NCBI GenBank assembly: GCA_050008535.1
Contig: JBEKML010000001.1
Location: forward strand, 194,246-258,245
DNA: 64,000 nt
Direction of reading: 5' to 3'
Source: Minisyncoccia bacterium
GTDB taxonomy: Bacteria > Patescibacteriota > Minisyncoccia > UBA6257 > 2-01-FULL-56-20
The notes under the pieces were generated by a model. That model saw nothing but the letters and a program-made list of their open reading frames with translations, did not search any database and was not told where the DNA came from. Shown here piece after piece: positions 24,931 through 36,193 of this stretch. Numbering within the stretch: the stretch's first letter is position 1; every line of letters begins with the position of its first letter. The position numbers and the translations under genes were made by a program.

Positions 24931-25230
24931 ATGAAATATCAGCTAGCGGGGGCCCAAAAGCCTCAAAACTGTCCGGCTTGGCTGACCCAAGAACACATGG
25001 ATCGGTGCGCAGCGGACTCCGATCTACAGCATGGCTGGGAGCCCAAAATCGGCGACTGGTACCTTTGCGAAGACTTGTATATGGTGTCACAGATCACCTC
25101 GCTGGAGAGTTATTACAGCGAAGGCGATGTCCGCGCGGTACTCAAGTCGGATCGCAGGAAAGATTCCCGCGGCCACTGGCCGTGCGACATCTACTTGCCG
25201 GAACCCGCCAAAGTCTCCGTTGCAGCGTAA
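24931..25230 (+). CDS. small Cys/His-containing hypothetical protein
   Basis: SD 'GAGAGGAG' lies 8 nt upstream of the ATG; the sequence carries no recognisable domain. Confidence 0.4.
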   Translation: MKYQLAGAQKPQNCPAWLTQEHMDRCAADSDLQHGWEPKIGDWYLCEDLYMVSQITSLESYYSEGDVRAVLKSDRRKDSRGHWPCDIYLPEPAKVSVAA

Positions 25231-25315
25231 GTCCGGCTCGTTCGTGCGTGACGCCAAGTACGCAATTCGAAGGCTTTCGGACGACCGCCTAATCGTAAAG
25301 TGCCGCCCACAACCA

Positions 25316-25348
25316 TCACCACCTTAGACGTGGTGATGAACATTTTTT
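25316..25348 (+). terminator. intrinsic terminator (TCACCAC-cttagac-GTGGTGA followed by a T6 run)
   Basis: Seen directly in the sequence. Confidence 0.5.
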
Positions 25349-25391
25349 GCGCACAGGACAGGATTCGAACTAACAATTTTTTGTATAAAGC

Positions 25392-26927
25392 CTACACTAT
25401 CTGGTCTAGTAAACTCCTCCCGCTCATGTCTGCGGGCTTTGGGATACCCATGGCTTCTAGGATGGTGGGGGCGACATCCGCGAGCGAGCCCGCTGTTTCT
25501 ACGTCGAGCGATTCGGCGTTCCCGAATTTTCTTCCTTTGTATTGTTCAACCACCAGGTAGAACGGCACGGGACTCGCGTCATGCTGGCTTTCGGGGAGTC
25601 CTGTCACGGGGCTGATCATCTCCTCAATGTTGCCGTGGTCGGCGGTGATAAAGAGAAGTGTGTCGGGATTTGTTGCCACTGTAAGGACGCGGGCGATCTC
25701 GCGGTCAATGACCTTCACGGCCTCAAGCGCGGCGTTATAGTCCGACGTGTGCGCGATCGTGTCGGGATTTGCGTAGTTTACCAGGATGAAATCGAAGGCT
25801 TTGTTCTGGATCGCTTCAACGAGGCGGTCGGTGACCGCCGTTGCCATCATTTCGGGATGTTCCTCGGGGTGCAGCCCGGAGGTTGAGGGGACAAGCGTCC
25901 GATACTCTCCCTGGAACGGCTGCTCACGGAGGCCATTGAAGAAATAAGTCACGTGCGCGTATTTATAGGTCTCCGCGAGCCGGAGCTGGCTCATGCCGCG
26001 GTCGGAGAATACTTTCCCGATCGGATTTTCCACCGCGTCGGCGGGGAAAGCGACGGGAACAGCGAACTGGTCGTCGTAGTGGCTCATGGTCGCGATATAA
26101 AGATTTTTAAAAGGCAACGTAGGGAATTTATCAAAGCCTTTCAGAATAAAGGAAGAAGCGAGCTGCCGGATACTGTCCTCGCGATAATTGAAAAAAACGA
26201 CCGCGTCGCCGTCCTGGATCTTTTTGTCGTCGGCAAAACGCATCGGCGGCAGATATTCCTCGGTGTTGCCCCCCTCATACGTCGTCTGGATGATGGGCAG
26301 GGGATCGTCCACCAAACGCCCCATCTGACCGGTTAGGGTTTGATACGTGGTTTCGGTCAGCCGCCAATTCTCATTGCGGTCCATCGCGTAATAGCGACCG
26401 ATGAGCGAAGCGAGATATTCACGAGGGACCTCGCTAAGAAAACTTTCAAAGGTGTGAGGCGGACTATCTTTCCCGTCCGCGAAAAGATGAAGGTTGATCT
26501 TCGGCACGTTCTCCTCGCGCGCCATTTTAATGAGCGCCTGGAGATGGTCAAGCGAGGCGTGCACGTTCGCTTTAGTAAGCAGCCCTGCAAAATTGATGGC
26601 AGAACCGTTCTCCCGCGCGTGTGCGCAGGCTGCTTTAAGCACCGGATTTTCAAAGAAGGTGCCGTCTTTGATGGCCATCGTGATCTTCGGGAAGTATTGA
26701 TAGAGCACTTTGCCGGCGCCAAGGGTAAGATGGCCCACTTCGCTGTTGCCCACTTCGCCCCAAGGGAGCCCTATCGCAATGCCCGATGCCTGCAAGCTTG
26801 TTACGGGATAATTTTGCCGGAGCCATTCAAAAGCCTGGGGTTTCACCACGTAAATGGGATTGGATTCGTTCTTGCGGCCGACGCCCCAGCCATCCAGGAC
26901 GATAAGCACTGCAGTTTTCTTCGCCAT
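25392..26927 (-). CDS. gpmI: 2,3-bisphosphoglycerate-independent phosphoglycerate mutase
   Basis: 511 aa with typical iPGM architecture. Confidence 0.9.
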   Translation of the reverse strand: MAKKTAVLIVLDGWGVGRKNESNPIYVVKPQAFEWLRQNYPVTSLQASGIAIGLPWGEVGNSEVGHLTLGAGKVLYQYFPKITMAIKDGTFFENPVLKAACAHARENGSAINFAGLLTKANVHASLDHLQALIKMAREENVPKINLHLFADGKDSPPHTFESFLSEVPREYLASLIGRYYAMDRNENWRLTETTYQTLTGQMGRLVDDPLPIIQTTYEGGNTEEYLPPMRFADDKKIQDGDAVVFFNYREDSIRQLASSFILKGFDKFPTLPFKNLYIATMSHYDDQFAVPVAFPADAVENPIGKVFSDRGMSQLRLAETYKYAHVTYFFNGLREQPFQGEYRTLVPSTSGLHPEEHPEMMATAVTDRLVEAIQNKAFDFILVNYANPDTIAHTSDYNAALEAVKVIDREIARVLTVATNPDTLLFITADHGNIEEMISPVTGLPESQHDASPVPFYLVVEQYKGRKFGNAESLDVETAGSLADVAPTILEAMGIPKPADMSGRSLLDQIV

Positions 26928-27100
26928 TGCTTAATTGTAGGGCATAAAACCGTGGGTTGCTATGGTGTCGCGCGGGTGCACGCGCCCTTCTTGAGAGCCA
27001 GAATAAAATTCTTCTTGCGGGGATTTTTTTCTGCCGTCCATTTAAAAAACTTGACAAAATGCGGTATTATGCTATATAATATATGCAGGAGACTTGAGAC

Positions 27101-27682
27101 ATGGAGAAAGCGACGAAGCAAAACGAGCTTTATATCGAGAACGTTTGGCTGCGCGTCCTTGTAGCGTGCGCCGGCGCGCTTTGCCTTACGTTTGTGGTGG
27201 TGGTGGCTTTTGGCGGCATCCGCTCCCTCGACCTCGTTGCCGAATTTCGGAACCTTCCCGCGTGGGGCTTGGTGCTCGCACTCTTGCTTCTCATCGGCAG
27301 CGTCCGCGGCTTTTTCGATTACCTTGGCACGAAAGAGTTCATTCTAGAGCCAGGGGGCGAAGAGATTCCCAAGCGGCGGAAAGGGAACTTCAGCCTTACC
27401 ATCGACCATTGCTTATCGCAGGAGGAAGCATTGAGAAGGGTTAAGCTACTCCTCGCCGAGGTCAAGGAACAGCACGCCGACCAGATCGATGCTCTCGAAG
27501 AGCAATGGGACGGCAACCAGGGAACCTTCCGCCTCTCCGTGAAGGGGTGCTCGGTTTCGGGGACGCTCACCGTTGGGCAGACGTACGTGGAGCTCGACGG
27601 GGATATCCCTTTCCCCGCCTCGTTGGCCAGAGGGAAAATCGCGAAAATCATTCGCGAACAGGCACGGCTACGGCTTGCCTGA
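27101..27682 (+). CDS. membrane protein (2 TM helices), hypothetical
   Basis: A TTGACA-N17/18-TATAAT promoter lies 50 nt upstream. Confidence 0.4.
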   Translation: MEKATKQNELYIENVWLRVLVACAGALCLTFVVVVAFGGIRSLDLVAEFRNLPAWGLVLALLLLIGSVRGFFDYLGTKEFILEPGGEEIPKRRKGNFSLTIDHCLSQEEALRRVKLLLAEVKEQHADQIDALEEQWDGNQGTFRLSVKGCSVSGTLTVGQTYVELDGDIPFPASLARGKIAKIIREQARLRLA

Positions 27683-27700
27683 GAAGATCGCGTCTTTACT

Positions 27701-27743
27701 GGGCGCGCAGGAGATCAGCGATGATCATTTGTCCTGCGCGCCC
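27701..27743 (+). terminator. 12-bp GC-rich hairpin (GGGCGCGCAGGA…TCCTGCGCGCCC)
   Basis: Seen directly in the sequence; the U-tract is weak. Confidence 0.35.
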
Positions 27744-27831
27744 GTTTGACTATTTACCCCGCTTCGCGTTATTATTTATTCATCAAAGAGTCATTGAGTA
27801 ATGATTAAAAAATTGAAAAATAATCACTATT

Positions 27832-29358
27832 ATGGGAATCACAACGGCATTTGTCGCGGTGGTCTTTCTTTTGGTCGGGGCTGTAACAGGGTACTTCGTT
27901 CGTCGATATTGGGCCGCTAGCCGCCTCGGGGGCGTCGAGGAAAGAATAAAAAAGAACCTCGCTGAGGCGGAAACCAAAGCGAAGGAAATCATTGTAGAGG
28001 CGAAGGACAAAGCCGCCTCGATTTTGGTTGATATAAAGAACGAGGAAAAAGAGCGGAGGAAGGAATTGGAAGCGCACGAGGGGCGGCTGGTTCGGAAAGA
28101 AGAGACGCTTGATAAGCGGTCGGATGAGCTTTCCGCGGGGGAGGGCAGGATTCGCGCGCGCGAGGAAGCAATGAAGGCGGAAGAGGATACTCTCGCTAAG
28201 AAAGAAGGAGAAATGCAGCTGCGGCTCGAAAAGATCGGCGGGCTTTCGGCGAATGACGCGCGGGAGGAGATCATCCGGCAGGCGAAGGAAGACCGGGCAC
28301 AGGATTTTGCGCAACTGGTCCAAAAAATGGACAAGGAAAACCACGACGAGATAGAGAAAAAAGCCGCGGAGATAATCACGACCGCGCTCCAGCGCTACGC
28401 CCGCTCTCACGTTTCGGAGATCACGACGACGCTGCTTCCTTTGGGCGACGAGGAATTAAAAGGGAAGATTATCGGCCGTGAGGGCCGCAATATAAGAGCA
28501 TTGGAACGGGCGACGGGCGTTGAATTTATCATTGACGAAGCGCCGGAGGCCATTATTATTTCCTCTTTTGACCCTTATCGCCGCGAGGTGGCGCGGCTTG
28601 CACTTGAGCGGTTGATCAAAGACGGACGCATCCAGCCGGCGAAAATAGAAGAGAAAGTGGAAGAGGCAAAAGCGGAGTTGAACAAGCGTACGCAGGAGAT
28701 CGGGGAGGCGGCGGCGCAGGACCTCGGCATTTTCGACCTGCCCAAAGAACTCCTACAGCTTGTTGGCCGGCTTCATTTTCGCATGAGCTTCGGGCAGAAC
28801 GTGCTTACGCACTCCGTTGAAATGGCATACATTTCCGAAATGATGGCGCGCGAGCTCGGATTGAATGCGGAGGTTGCAAAGAAGGGCGCATTTCTTCATG
28901 ACATCGGGAAGGCGATCGACCAGGAGGTGGAAGGCACGCACGTGGACCTCGGCATGAAGCTCCTCAAGAAATACAATATTGACGTGCGGGTGATCGAGGC
29001 GATGCAATCGCATCATGACGATTATCCTTATGCGCGGCCGGAGGCGTATGTGGTGACCGCGGCGGACGCGCTCTCGGCGGCACGGCCGGGCGCCCGGCGT
29101 GGGACGCTGGAGAACTATATAAAGCGCCTCGCCGACCTTGAGAAGATCGCAATGGAATTCCCGGGCGTCAAACAGGCCTATGCCATCTCCGCCGGCCGCG
29201 AATTGAGAGTTTTTGTGGTGCCGGAGAAGGTGGATGACTTCCGCGCGCTTGAGCTTGCCCGTGAGATTGCCAACAAGATACAATCCGAGTTAAAATATCC
29301 TGGAGAGATAAAAGTGAACGTCATCCGGGAGATCCGGGCGGTGGAATACGCCAGATAA
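27832..29358 (+). CDS. rny: ribonuclease Y
   Basis: N-terminal TM helix, a coiled coil, KH 'GREGRNIRALERATGVEFIID', and HD 'LHDIGKAID'. Confidence 0.85.
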   Translation: MGITTAFVAVVFLLVGAVTGYFVRRYWAASRLGGVEERIKKNLAEAETKAKEIIVEAKDKAASILVDIKNEEKERRKELEAHEGRLVRKEETLDKRSDELSAGEGRIRAREEAMKAEEDTLAKKEGEMQLRLEKIGGLSANDAREEIIRQAKEDRAQDFAQLVQKMDKENHDEIEKKAAEIITTALQRYARSHVSEITTTLLPLGDEELKGKIIGREGRNIRALERATGVEFIIDEAPEAIIISSFDPYRREVARLALERLIKDGRIQPAKIEEKVEEAKAELNKRTQEIGEAAAQDLGIFDLPKELLQLVGRLHFRMSFGQNVLTHSVEMAYISEMMARELGLNAEVAKKGAFLHDIGKAIDQEVEGTHVDLGMKLLKKYNIDVRVIEAMQSHHDDYPYARPEAYVVTAADALSAARPGARRGTLENYIKRLADLEKIAMEFPGVKQAYAISAGRELRVFVVPEKVDDFRALELAREIANKIQSELKYPGEIKVNVIREIRAVEYAR

Positions 29359-29367
29359 TTTTTTTAA

Positions 29368-30831
29368 ATGGATACCATCTTTAGCCATCCTGAAGTGCTC
29401 GCCATTATCGTCGGGCTGCCTTTGCTCGGCGTCATCGCCAAACTTTTCGGCGCGCCGTTCCGGCGGATCGCAAAATGGTATCTGTACATCTCTGTTTTCG
29501 CGGTGGTCATCGTGATGGATTCAATGTTCTTTCCTTTCATCGGCGGGAAGGATTATTTTTTCAGGTTCTCTATTGAATTATCGCTTATCTTTTTCGTCCT
29601 CGCGTGGGCGTTTGAGATGCGGGAGGGGGAGCTTGCGCAACTTTTGAAAACAACGTTCAAAAAGCCGCTCGTTATTGCGGTCACGGCGTTCGTTGTGATG
29701 GTTCTCCTTGCCTGTCTCTTTGCGTACGACATACATGCGGCGTTCTGGTCCAATTATGAACGCGGCGAAGGGGGTTTCCAAATGATCCATTATTATCTCT
29801 TTTTCCTGTTGCTCGTGCTTTTGCTGCGCACGGAAGGGGAATGGAAGAATATTTTCAGATTTTCACTTGTCGCCGGGGGGTTGATGATCCTCTATGGGAT
29901 TTTCGGGAACTTCCTCGTGGCGGGATTCATCAGCCCGTTTGCCGGAGGGGGTACGCCGGCGCCGGGGTGGCTGCATAAGATCATCGACCCTCGCTTCCAG
30001 GGATCGCTCGGGAACCCGGCGTACGTTGCGCCGTACCTTCTCTTTTCCATGTTTTATGCGGCCTATCTTTGGGTAAAACGGAAGAAAGGAGCCGTGACCA
30101 GCGCGCTTGTCCACATCGGCTACGCGGTGCTCATCGTGATTTTCTTGTTCTTTTTCATCCTCGCCCAAACGCGCGGTGCGTTTCTCGGTTTGGGCGCCGG
30201 CGTTTTTCTTTTGATGCTTTATCTTGTCATCGCCGGCCGCGGCACGCTGCGCAAATGGTCCCTTGTCGGGCTTATTCTTGTGATAGTAGCCGGCGGCACG
30301 GTGTTCTCATTGAGGAATTCTTCGTTGGTGCAAAGTTTTCCCGCGGGGCGCTTGCTGCAGATCAATTTTTCCGATGCGACCGCCCAAACGCGGTTTTGGG
30401 TATGGAACGAAGCGTGGAAGGGATTTTTGGAGCGGCCGATCCTCGGCTGGGGATTGGAAAATTTTGCCCCTGTTTACGATAAATACTTTGATCCGAGATT
30501 TTTCATCCCTGCCGCCCAGGGCATCGAAACATGGTTCGACCGCGCGCACAGCGTGTTCTTCGATTACCTTGCGGAGACGGGCGCGCTCGGCCTCTTGAGC
30601 TACCTCGGCATCTTCGCGGTGCTCGCATGGGAATTTTTCTTGGGAAAGAAGCGCGCGAACGATCGTACGTCGGCGGCGGTTTTGGAACGCGGGCTTATCC
30701 TTGCGCTCCCCGCGGCCTATCTCGTGCAGGGGGTCGCGATATTCGATGTCCTCCCTATGTATGTCAATCTCTTCCTCTTTATGGCTTTCGCCTGTTACTA
30801 TTTCTATCAAAACCATGGACAGAACGCTTAA
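29368..30831 (+). CDS. O-antigen ligase / Wzy-like polymerase family membrane protein
   Basis: About 12 TM helices with a Wzy_C-like loop region. Confidence 0.5.
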   Translation: MDTIFSHPEVLAIIVGLPLLGVIAKLFGAPFRRIAKWYLYISVFAVVIVMDSMFFPFIGGKDYFFRFSIELSLIFFVLAWAFEMREGELAQLLKTTFKKPLVIAVTAFVVMVLLACLFAYDIHAAFWSNYERGEGGFQMIHYYLFFLLLVLLLRTEGEWKNIFRFSLVAGGLMILYGIFGNFLVAGFISPFAGGGTPAPGWLHKIIDPRFQGSLGNPAYVAPYLLFSMFYAAYLWVKRKKGAVTSALVHIGYAVLIVIFLFFFILAQTRGAFLGLGAGVFLLMLYLVIAGRGTLRKWSLVGLILVIVAGGTVFSLRNSSLVQSFPAGRLLQINFSDATAQTRFWVWNEAWKGFLERPILGWGLENFAPVYDKYFDPRFFIPAAQGIETWFDRAHSVFFDYLAETGALGLLSYLGIFAVLAWEFFLGKKRANDRTSAAVLERGLILALPAAYLVQGVAIFDVLPMYVNLFLFMAFACYYFYQNHGQNA

Positions 30832-31447
30832 AGGAACCATCGCCGTAGTGATCTCCGCCTTCATCCTCTTTGTGGCGGTATATGGTTCATATATGCCGAT
30901 GCGGAAGGCCCAGATGTTTATCGGTACGCTTCAGAGTTTCCAGACGCAACCTCCTACCTCTCTCCAGAACCTTGAAGATCGCCTTTCGATCCCATTGGAC
31001 TATCCTTCTCCCATCGGCCAGGAGGAGCTCGTCCGAAATACGGCGAACAGCGTTTTGTCGCTGATCCAGCGGGGGACCGACGCGACGACTACCGCCGCCC
31101 TTATTAATTTCCTGGATGGCTATTATGACCCGATCATCGCGCAGGGCAAGGGGATGAGTTTTGGCCAGGACGTTTACCTTGAAGGAGCGGTCAATGAGAT
31201 TGCTTTTGTCCGGACCGGCGATCCGAGTTATCTGGGGAGGTCGCTGCAGTATTATCGCCAAGGTAATGCGCTCGGGCCCAATCGCCCACAGCCGCTCTAT
31301 GGGCTGTTTGATGTATATCGCACAATAGGCGACGTGACCGACACGCAAGCGATCGCGCAAAAGATCCTTACCAATTGGCCGATGGATCAGAGCATCCCTG
31401 GGGCCCTCGCGCAGTTTTTGGCAACGGTCAAGGCGGTGAAGAAATAG
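30815..31447 (+). CDS. membrane-anchored/secreted hypothetical protein
   Basis: N-terminal TM helix; no recognisable domain. Confidence 0.4.
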   Translation: MDRTLKGTIAVVISAFILFVAVYGSYMPMRKAQMFIGTLQSFQTQPPTSLQNLEDRLSIPLDYPSPIGQEELVRNTANSVLSLIQRGTDATTTAALINFLDGYYDPIIAQGKGMSFGQDVYLEGAVNEIAFVRTGDPSYLGRSLQYYRQGNALGPNRPQPLYGLFDVYRTIGDVTDTQAIAQKILTNWPMDQSIPGALAQFLATVKAVKK

Positions 31448-31454
31448 CGACACC

Positions 31455-32474
31455 ATGAAAAAAGCGCTCGTCACGGGGGTGACGGGCCAGGACGGAAGCT
31501 ACCTGGCCGAATTTTTGCTTAAAAAAGGATACGAGGTGCACGGCATCATGCGCCGGGCATCCACGTTCAATACCGGGCGATTGGAACAGATCTACCAGGA
31601 TCCGCACGTTGTGGGCGGGCGCTTTCATCTTCACTACGGCGATCTTGCGGATGCGAACACCGTGAGGCGGCTTCTCTATAAGATCCAGCCGGACGAAATT
31701 TATAACCTTGGCGCGCAATCGCACGTCCGCGTTTCTTTTGATATTCCCGAATACACCGCGAATATCACGGGACTCGGGGTATTGCGCATGCTGGAGGCGA
31801 CGAAGGATTTTGAGGAGCACACGGGGAAGAAAGTGAAGTTCTATCAGGCCTCAAGCTCGGAAATGTTCGGCGCGGCGCCCCCGCCGCAGAACGAGAACAC
31901 CCCCTTCCATCCGCGGAGTCCGTACGGTGTGGCAAAGGTATTCGCGTTTGATACGGTCAGGAACTACCGTGAGGCGTACGGGATCTTTGCCGCGAACGGG
32001 ATCCTTTTCAATCATGAATCGGAGCGCCGCGGCGAGACGTTCCTCACGCGAAAAGTAACCCGGGGGATCGCGCGGATCCTCGCGGGCCTGGATAAGAAAA
32101 TATACTTGGGGAACTTGGAGGCGCGGCGCGACTGGGGCTATGCGCCGGAATACGTGGAGGCAATGTATCTCATACTCCAGCAGCCCGAGCCGGATGATTT
32201 TGTGATCGGTACGGGGAAATCCCACTCGGTGAAAGAATTCGTTGAGGCCGCGTTCCGCGCGGTGGGCATTGAGGATTGGAAAAAATACGTTGAAATTGAT
32301 CCGCGCTATTACCGCCCCTCGGAGGTTGATAACTTGGTTGCGGACGCGACGAAGGCGAAGGAAAAGTTGGGCTGGCAGCCGAAGGTTGATTTTGAAACGC
32401 TTGTCAAAAAAATGGTGAAGCACGATCTTTTACAACTGGGGCTGCGCGACAAAGCGGAGGAGATAAAATTGTAA
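31455..32474 (+). CDS. gmd: GDP-mannose 4,6-dehydratase
   Basis: Begins '[36 protein letters not shown]'. Confidence 0.9.
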   Translation: MKKALVTGVTGQDGSYLAEFLLKKGYEVHGIMRRASTFNTGRLEQIYQDPHVVGGRFHLHYGDLADANTVRRLLYKIQPDEIYNLGAQSHVRVSFDIPEYTANITGLGVLRMLEATKDFEEHTGKKVKFYQASSSEMFGAAPPPQNENTPFHPRSPYGVAKVFAFDTVRNYREAYGIFAANGILFNHESERRGETFLTRKVTRGIARILAGLDKKIYLGNLEARRDWGYAPEYVEAMYLILQQPEPDDFVIGTGKSHSVKEFVEAAFRAVGIEDWKKYVEIDPRYYRPSEVDNLVADATKAKEKLGWQPKVDFETLVKKMVKHDLLQLGLRDKAEEIKL

Positions 32475-32549
32475 GGAGGCATTAACAGGGGACAAGGCCG
32501 CACGGACGTCGTGAGGCCTTGGTTATTTCTGAAGGTCTAGATTGGCAGA

Positions 32550-33578
32550 TCATTCTACGATGCAGTCCCATGTTTGGACGAGTGGTGCGAGCTCTTGCCA
32601 GAAGCTCTCTTCGATCTCCGCCTCGCCCGCAGATGTGTTTTCCAGGACTTGTTCGGGTGTCCGCGCGCCCGGTATCACGAGCCCAAAATGCGGATTGCGG
32701 ACGCACCACTGGATCGCTGCTGCCGCCAGCGGGATTTGATACCGCTGGCAGAGCGCTTTGATCTCTTCAATGCGCGCGATGAGTTCGGGGTTGTCGAAGC
32801 GACGTTCCTGGTAGCGTATTTCTTTTTGGAATCCGGTTGCAAGGATACCGCGCTCAAGTGCGTTCGCCGCAATGAGCCCCGTGCCGGACTTTTCTGCGGC
32901 GGGAAGAATATGGTCACGCGCCGACTGGTTGATCAAGCTCCATGCGCCGACCACGATCGCGGTGTTGAACTTCCCTGTAGAGATATAGGTTGTGGCAGTC
33001 TTGGAATCGTTCGCTCCGACGCTCACGAAATCGATCAAGCTCTGTTCTTGGAGCGATCGCATGGCGCCAAAAACACCTCGACTGCCCATGACCCTTTGGA
33101 TCGACTGGCCCATCGGATCGTGCAGGTGTACGAGACGAAACCGTTCGATCCCCAGCCGCTTCTGGCTTCCTTCGAAGCTGCGCATGGCGGCATCATAGGA
33201 AAAATCGTAATCGTCTCCTGGACGGAGATGCCCGATCTTTGTGGCCACCACCACCTCGTCTTGGAGCCCCGGATGTGTTCTGAAGGCCTGTCGTAGCGCT
33301 TCGCCAACGGTTTCTTCGGCAAATCCTCGCCCGTACCAAGGAGCGGTGTCGATGAATCGGATCCCTGCTTCGAGTGCCGCGAGGACGGTCGCTATGCCCA
33401 AGTCTCGATCCATGTAGTTTTTCCAGTTTGGACCTGGGCTATATTGTTCTATGGTTAGGTTCTGATCGGGGATACCGAGAGAACCCGTACCGAGCCCGAC
33501 GATGGGCACGGTGATATTTGTACCCGGCAATAACTTTGTCTGCATTGGGTGTCTCCTTTCTCCCTTCGTTTTATTCAT
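32550..33578 (-). CDS. aldo/keto reductase
   Basis: AKR-fold motifs. Confidence 0.8.
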   Translation of the reverse strand: MNKTKGERRHPMQTKLLPGTNITVPIVGLGTGSLGIPDQNLTIEQYSPGPNWKNYMDRDLGIATVLAALEAGIRFIDTAPWYGRGFAEETVGEALRQAFRTHPGLQDEVVVATKIGHLRPGDDYDFSYDAAMRSFEGSQKRLGIERFRLVHLHDPMGQSIQRVMGSRGVFGAMRSLQEQSLIDFVSVGANDSKTATTYISTGKFNTAIVVGAWSLINQSARDHILPAAEKSGTGLIAANALERGILATGFQKEIRYQERRFDNPELIARIEEIKALCQRYQIPLAAAAIQWCVRNPHFGLVIPGARTPEQVLENTSAGEAEIEESFWQELAPLVQTWDCIVE

Positions 33579-33626
33579 GCTGTTTATATCAATACACCAA
33601 TCGCAAAATTAGTCAATGAACACGGC

Positions 33627-33655
33627 ATTGACTAGAGCTACACTTTCATATATAA
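33627..33655 (+). promoter_or_regulatory. sigma70-like promoter TTGACT-N17-TATAAT, followed by a conserved leader (GCCAGCAGT…CTTGAGA…GAGAGGAGA)
   Basis: Seen directly in the sequence. Confidence 0.5.
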
Positions 33656-33707
33656 TTGCGCCAGCAGTCTTGAGATTTGACTTCGAGACTCGAGAGGAGA
33701 GCACGGC

Positions 33708-34493
33708 ATGCAGAAGGATTTTCTTGAGTTTGCCATTGAGGTGGCGGCGAAAGCGGGCGATGTGCTCTTGAAATATCATCGCCTGAGCCTTCGCGCGGAA
33801 TGGACCACCGCTACTCACTTTAAGACGCAGGCCGACGACGAGAACGACCGCCTTGCTCGTGAAGCGATTCGGGAAGCGTTTCCTTGTCATGGCATCCATT
33901 CGGAAGAAGGGGCGCCCGTGAATATGGGAAGCTGGTTCCGTTGGTATGTGGACGGCGTTGACGGGACGATCGGATTCCTATCGGGCCACACTAACCACTT
34001 CGCGTTTTCCATGGGGCTTGGCGACAGAAGCCGGCCGATCGTCGGCGTGGTCAACGCCGTTGGCCGCGGAGAGCTCTATACCGCCAAGCAAGGCGGTGGC
34101 GCGTTCTGCAACGGCAACCAGATTCACGTTTCCGACCTCGAGGACCTTCATCGGGTACTCATGGGCGTGGATTCGGGCAAGCACCATCGCACCGCGCATC
34201 TGCGCTACATGGAGCGCTTGCTCCAGCCGGACGGCATCGCGTGCCCAATGTGCACGGGCTGCGCGTCGGTGCCGCTTTGTCTTGTTGCGAGCGGCGTTCT
34301 GCACGCATATCTCGCGACGTCACTCGAGCCTGAAGACATGGCCGCTGCGGTCATCTTGATCCGCGAAGCGGGCGGGCTCGTAACCAATCTCGATGGGAAA
34401 GAGTGGCGGCTGGGAGACAGTTCGATCTTAGCAGCCAATCCTGTCTTACACGGGAAGCTGTTCCAGCTTCTTGGCCTGGGGAGGGCGTTGTGA
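33708..34493 (+). CDS. inositol monophosphatase family protein (IMPase/SuhB/CysQ-like)
   Basis: Contains 'WYVDGVDGTIGF' and 'HSEEG'. Confidence 0.75.
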   Translation: MQKDFLEFAIEVAAKAGDVLLKYHRLSLRAEWTTATHFKTQADDENDRLAREAIREAFPCHGIHSEEGAPVNMGSWFRWYVDGVDGTIGFLSGHTNHFAFSMGLGDRSRPIVGVVNAVGRGELYTAKQGGGAFCNGNQIHVSDLEDLHRVLMGVDSGKHHRTAHLRYMERLLQPDGIACPMCTGCASVPLCLVASGVLHAYLATSLEPEDMAAAVILIREAGGLVTNLDGKEWRLGDSSILAANPVLHGKLFQLLGLGRAL

Positions 34494-35062
34494 TCAACAA
34501 ACTTGTCGCGCCGGTGGCCGGCGCAATTGAAGAAGTGCTTCGGAAGTGGGGGAAGAGGGCGTTCTTCCAGAACTTCACGCTTCCAAATGGGGCGCCGCAC
34601 CGTTTCCTGGCGTTTGAGGGGATGACTACTCCTGCGATTATCCTCGCGATCACGTCGGATCAGCGGGTGATCGCCGTGCGGCAGTTCCGCTACGGCGCGA
34701 GCGCCTTCGTGCTGGAGCTTCCTGGGGGGTGTCCCGATCGGGAAGGAGAGCCTCCGGAAGAAACCCTTCGGAAAGAGCTCCGGCAGGAAACGGGGTATGA
34801 GCCGGGCAAGGTGATTGAGGTCGGAGGGCCGATGTGGTTCGAGCCGGCGTCGTACCGGACGCGATACCGCTGTTTTCTCGCCCTGGATTGCGTTCATGTC
34901 GGCGAGCCGGAGCCGGACGAGGCGGAGATCATGCGGGTGGAACTCTACCCGCTTCAGGAATGGATCGTCATGGTCGGCGACGGCACGGTCAACGACGACA
35001 AGACGATCGCCGTTACTATGCGGGGCCTCTCCCATCTCGGCTGGAAGCTCACGCTTACTTAG
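34490..35062 (+). CDS. Nudix hydrolase (ADP-ribose / GDP-sugar pyrophosphatase-like)
   Basis: Contains 'GGCPDREGEPPEETLRKELRQETGYE'; a GTG start overlaps the upstream stop. Confidence 0.7.
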   Translation: MINKLVAPVAGAIEEVLRKWGKRAFFQNFTLPNGAPHRFLAFEGMTTPAIILAITSDQRVIAVRQFRYGASAFVLELPGGCPDREGEPPEETLRKELRQETGYEPGKVIEVGGPMWFEPASYRTRYRCFLALDCVHVGEPEPDEAEIMRVELYPLQEWIVMVGDGTVNDDKTIAVTMRGLSHLGWKLTLT

Positions 35063-35155
35063 CGGCGCGTTTCCGGCCGCTTGAGACCTGTGTGGCGCAG
35101 GCTCGTATTCATCAACTAATGCAACGATAGCCAGGGTCGACGCCACCGACCCTGA

Positions 35156-36181
<1,026 letters not shown>

Positions 36182-36193
36182 TTATTTTCCGGC

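Noticed and set aside
27783-28410. Two ~200-aa minus-strand ORFs of low complexity (S/R/F-rich)
   Set aside because: Antisense to rny. The low-complexity composition mirrors the E/K-rich coiled coil of RNase Y.
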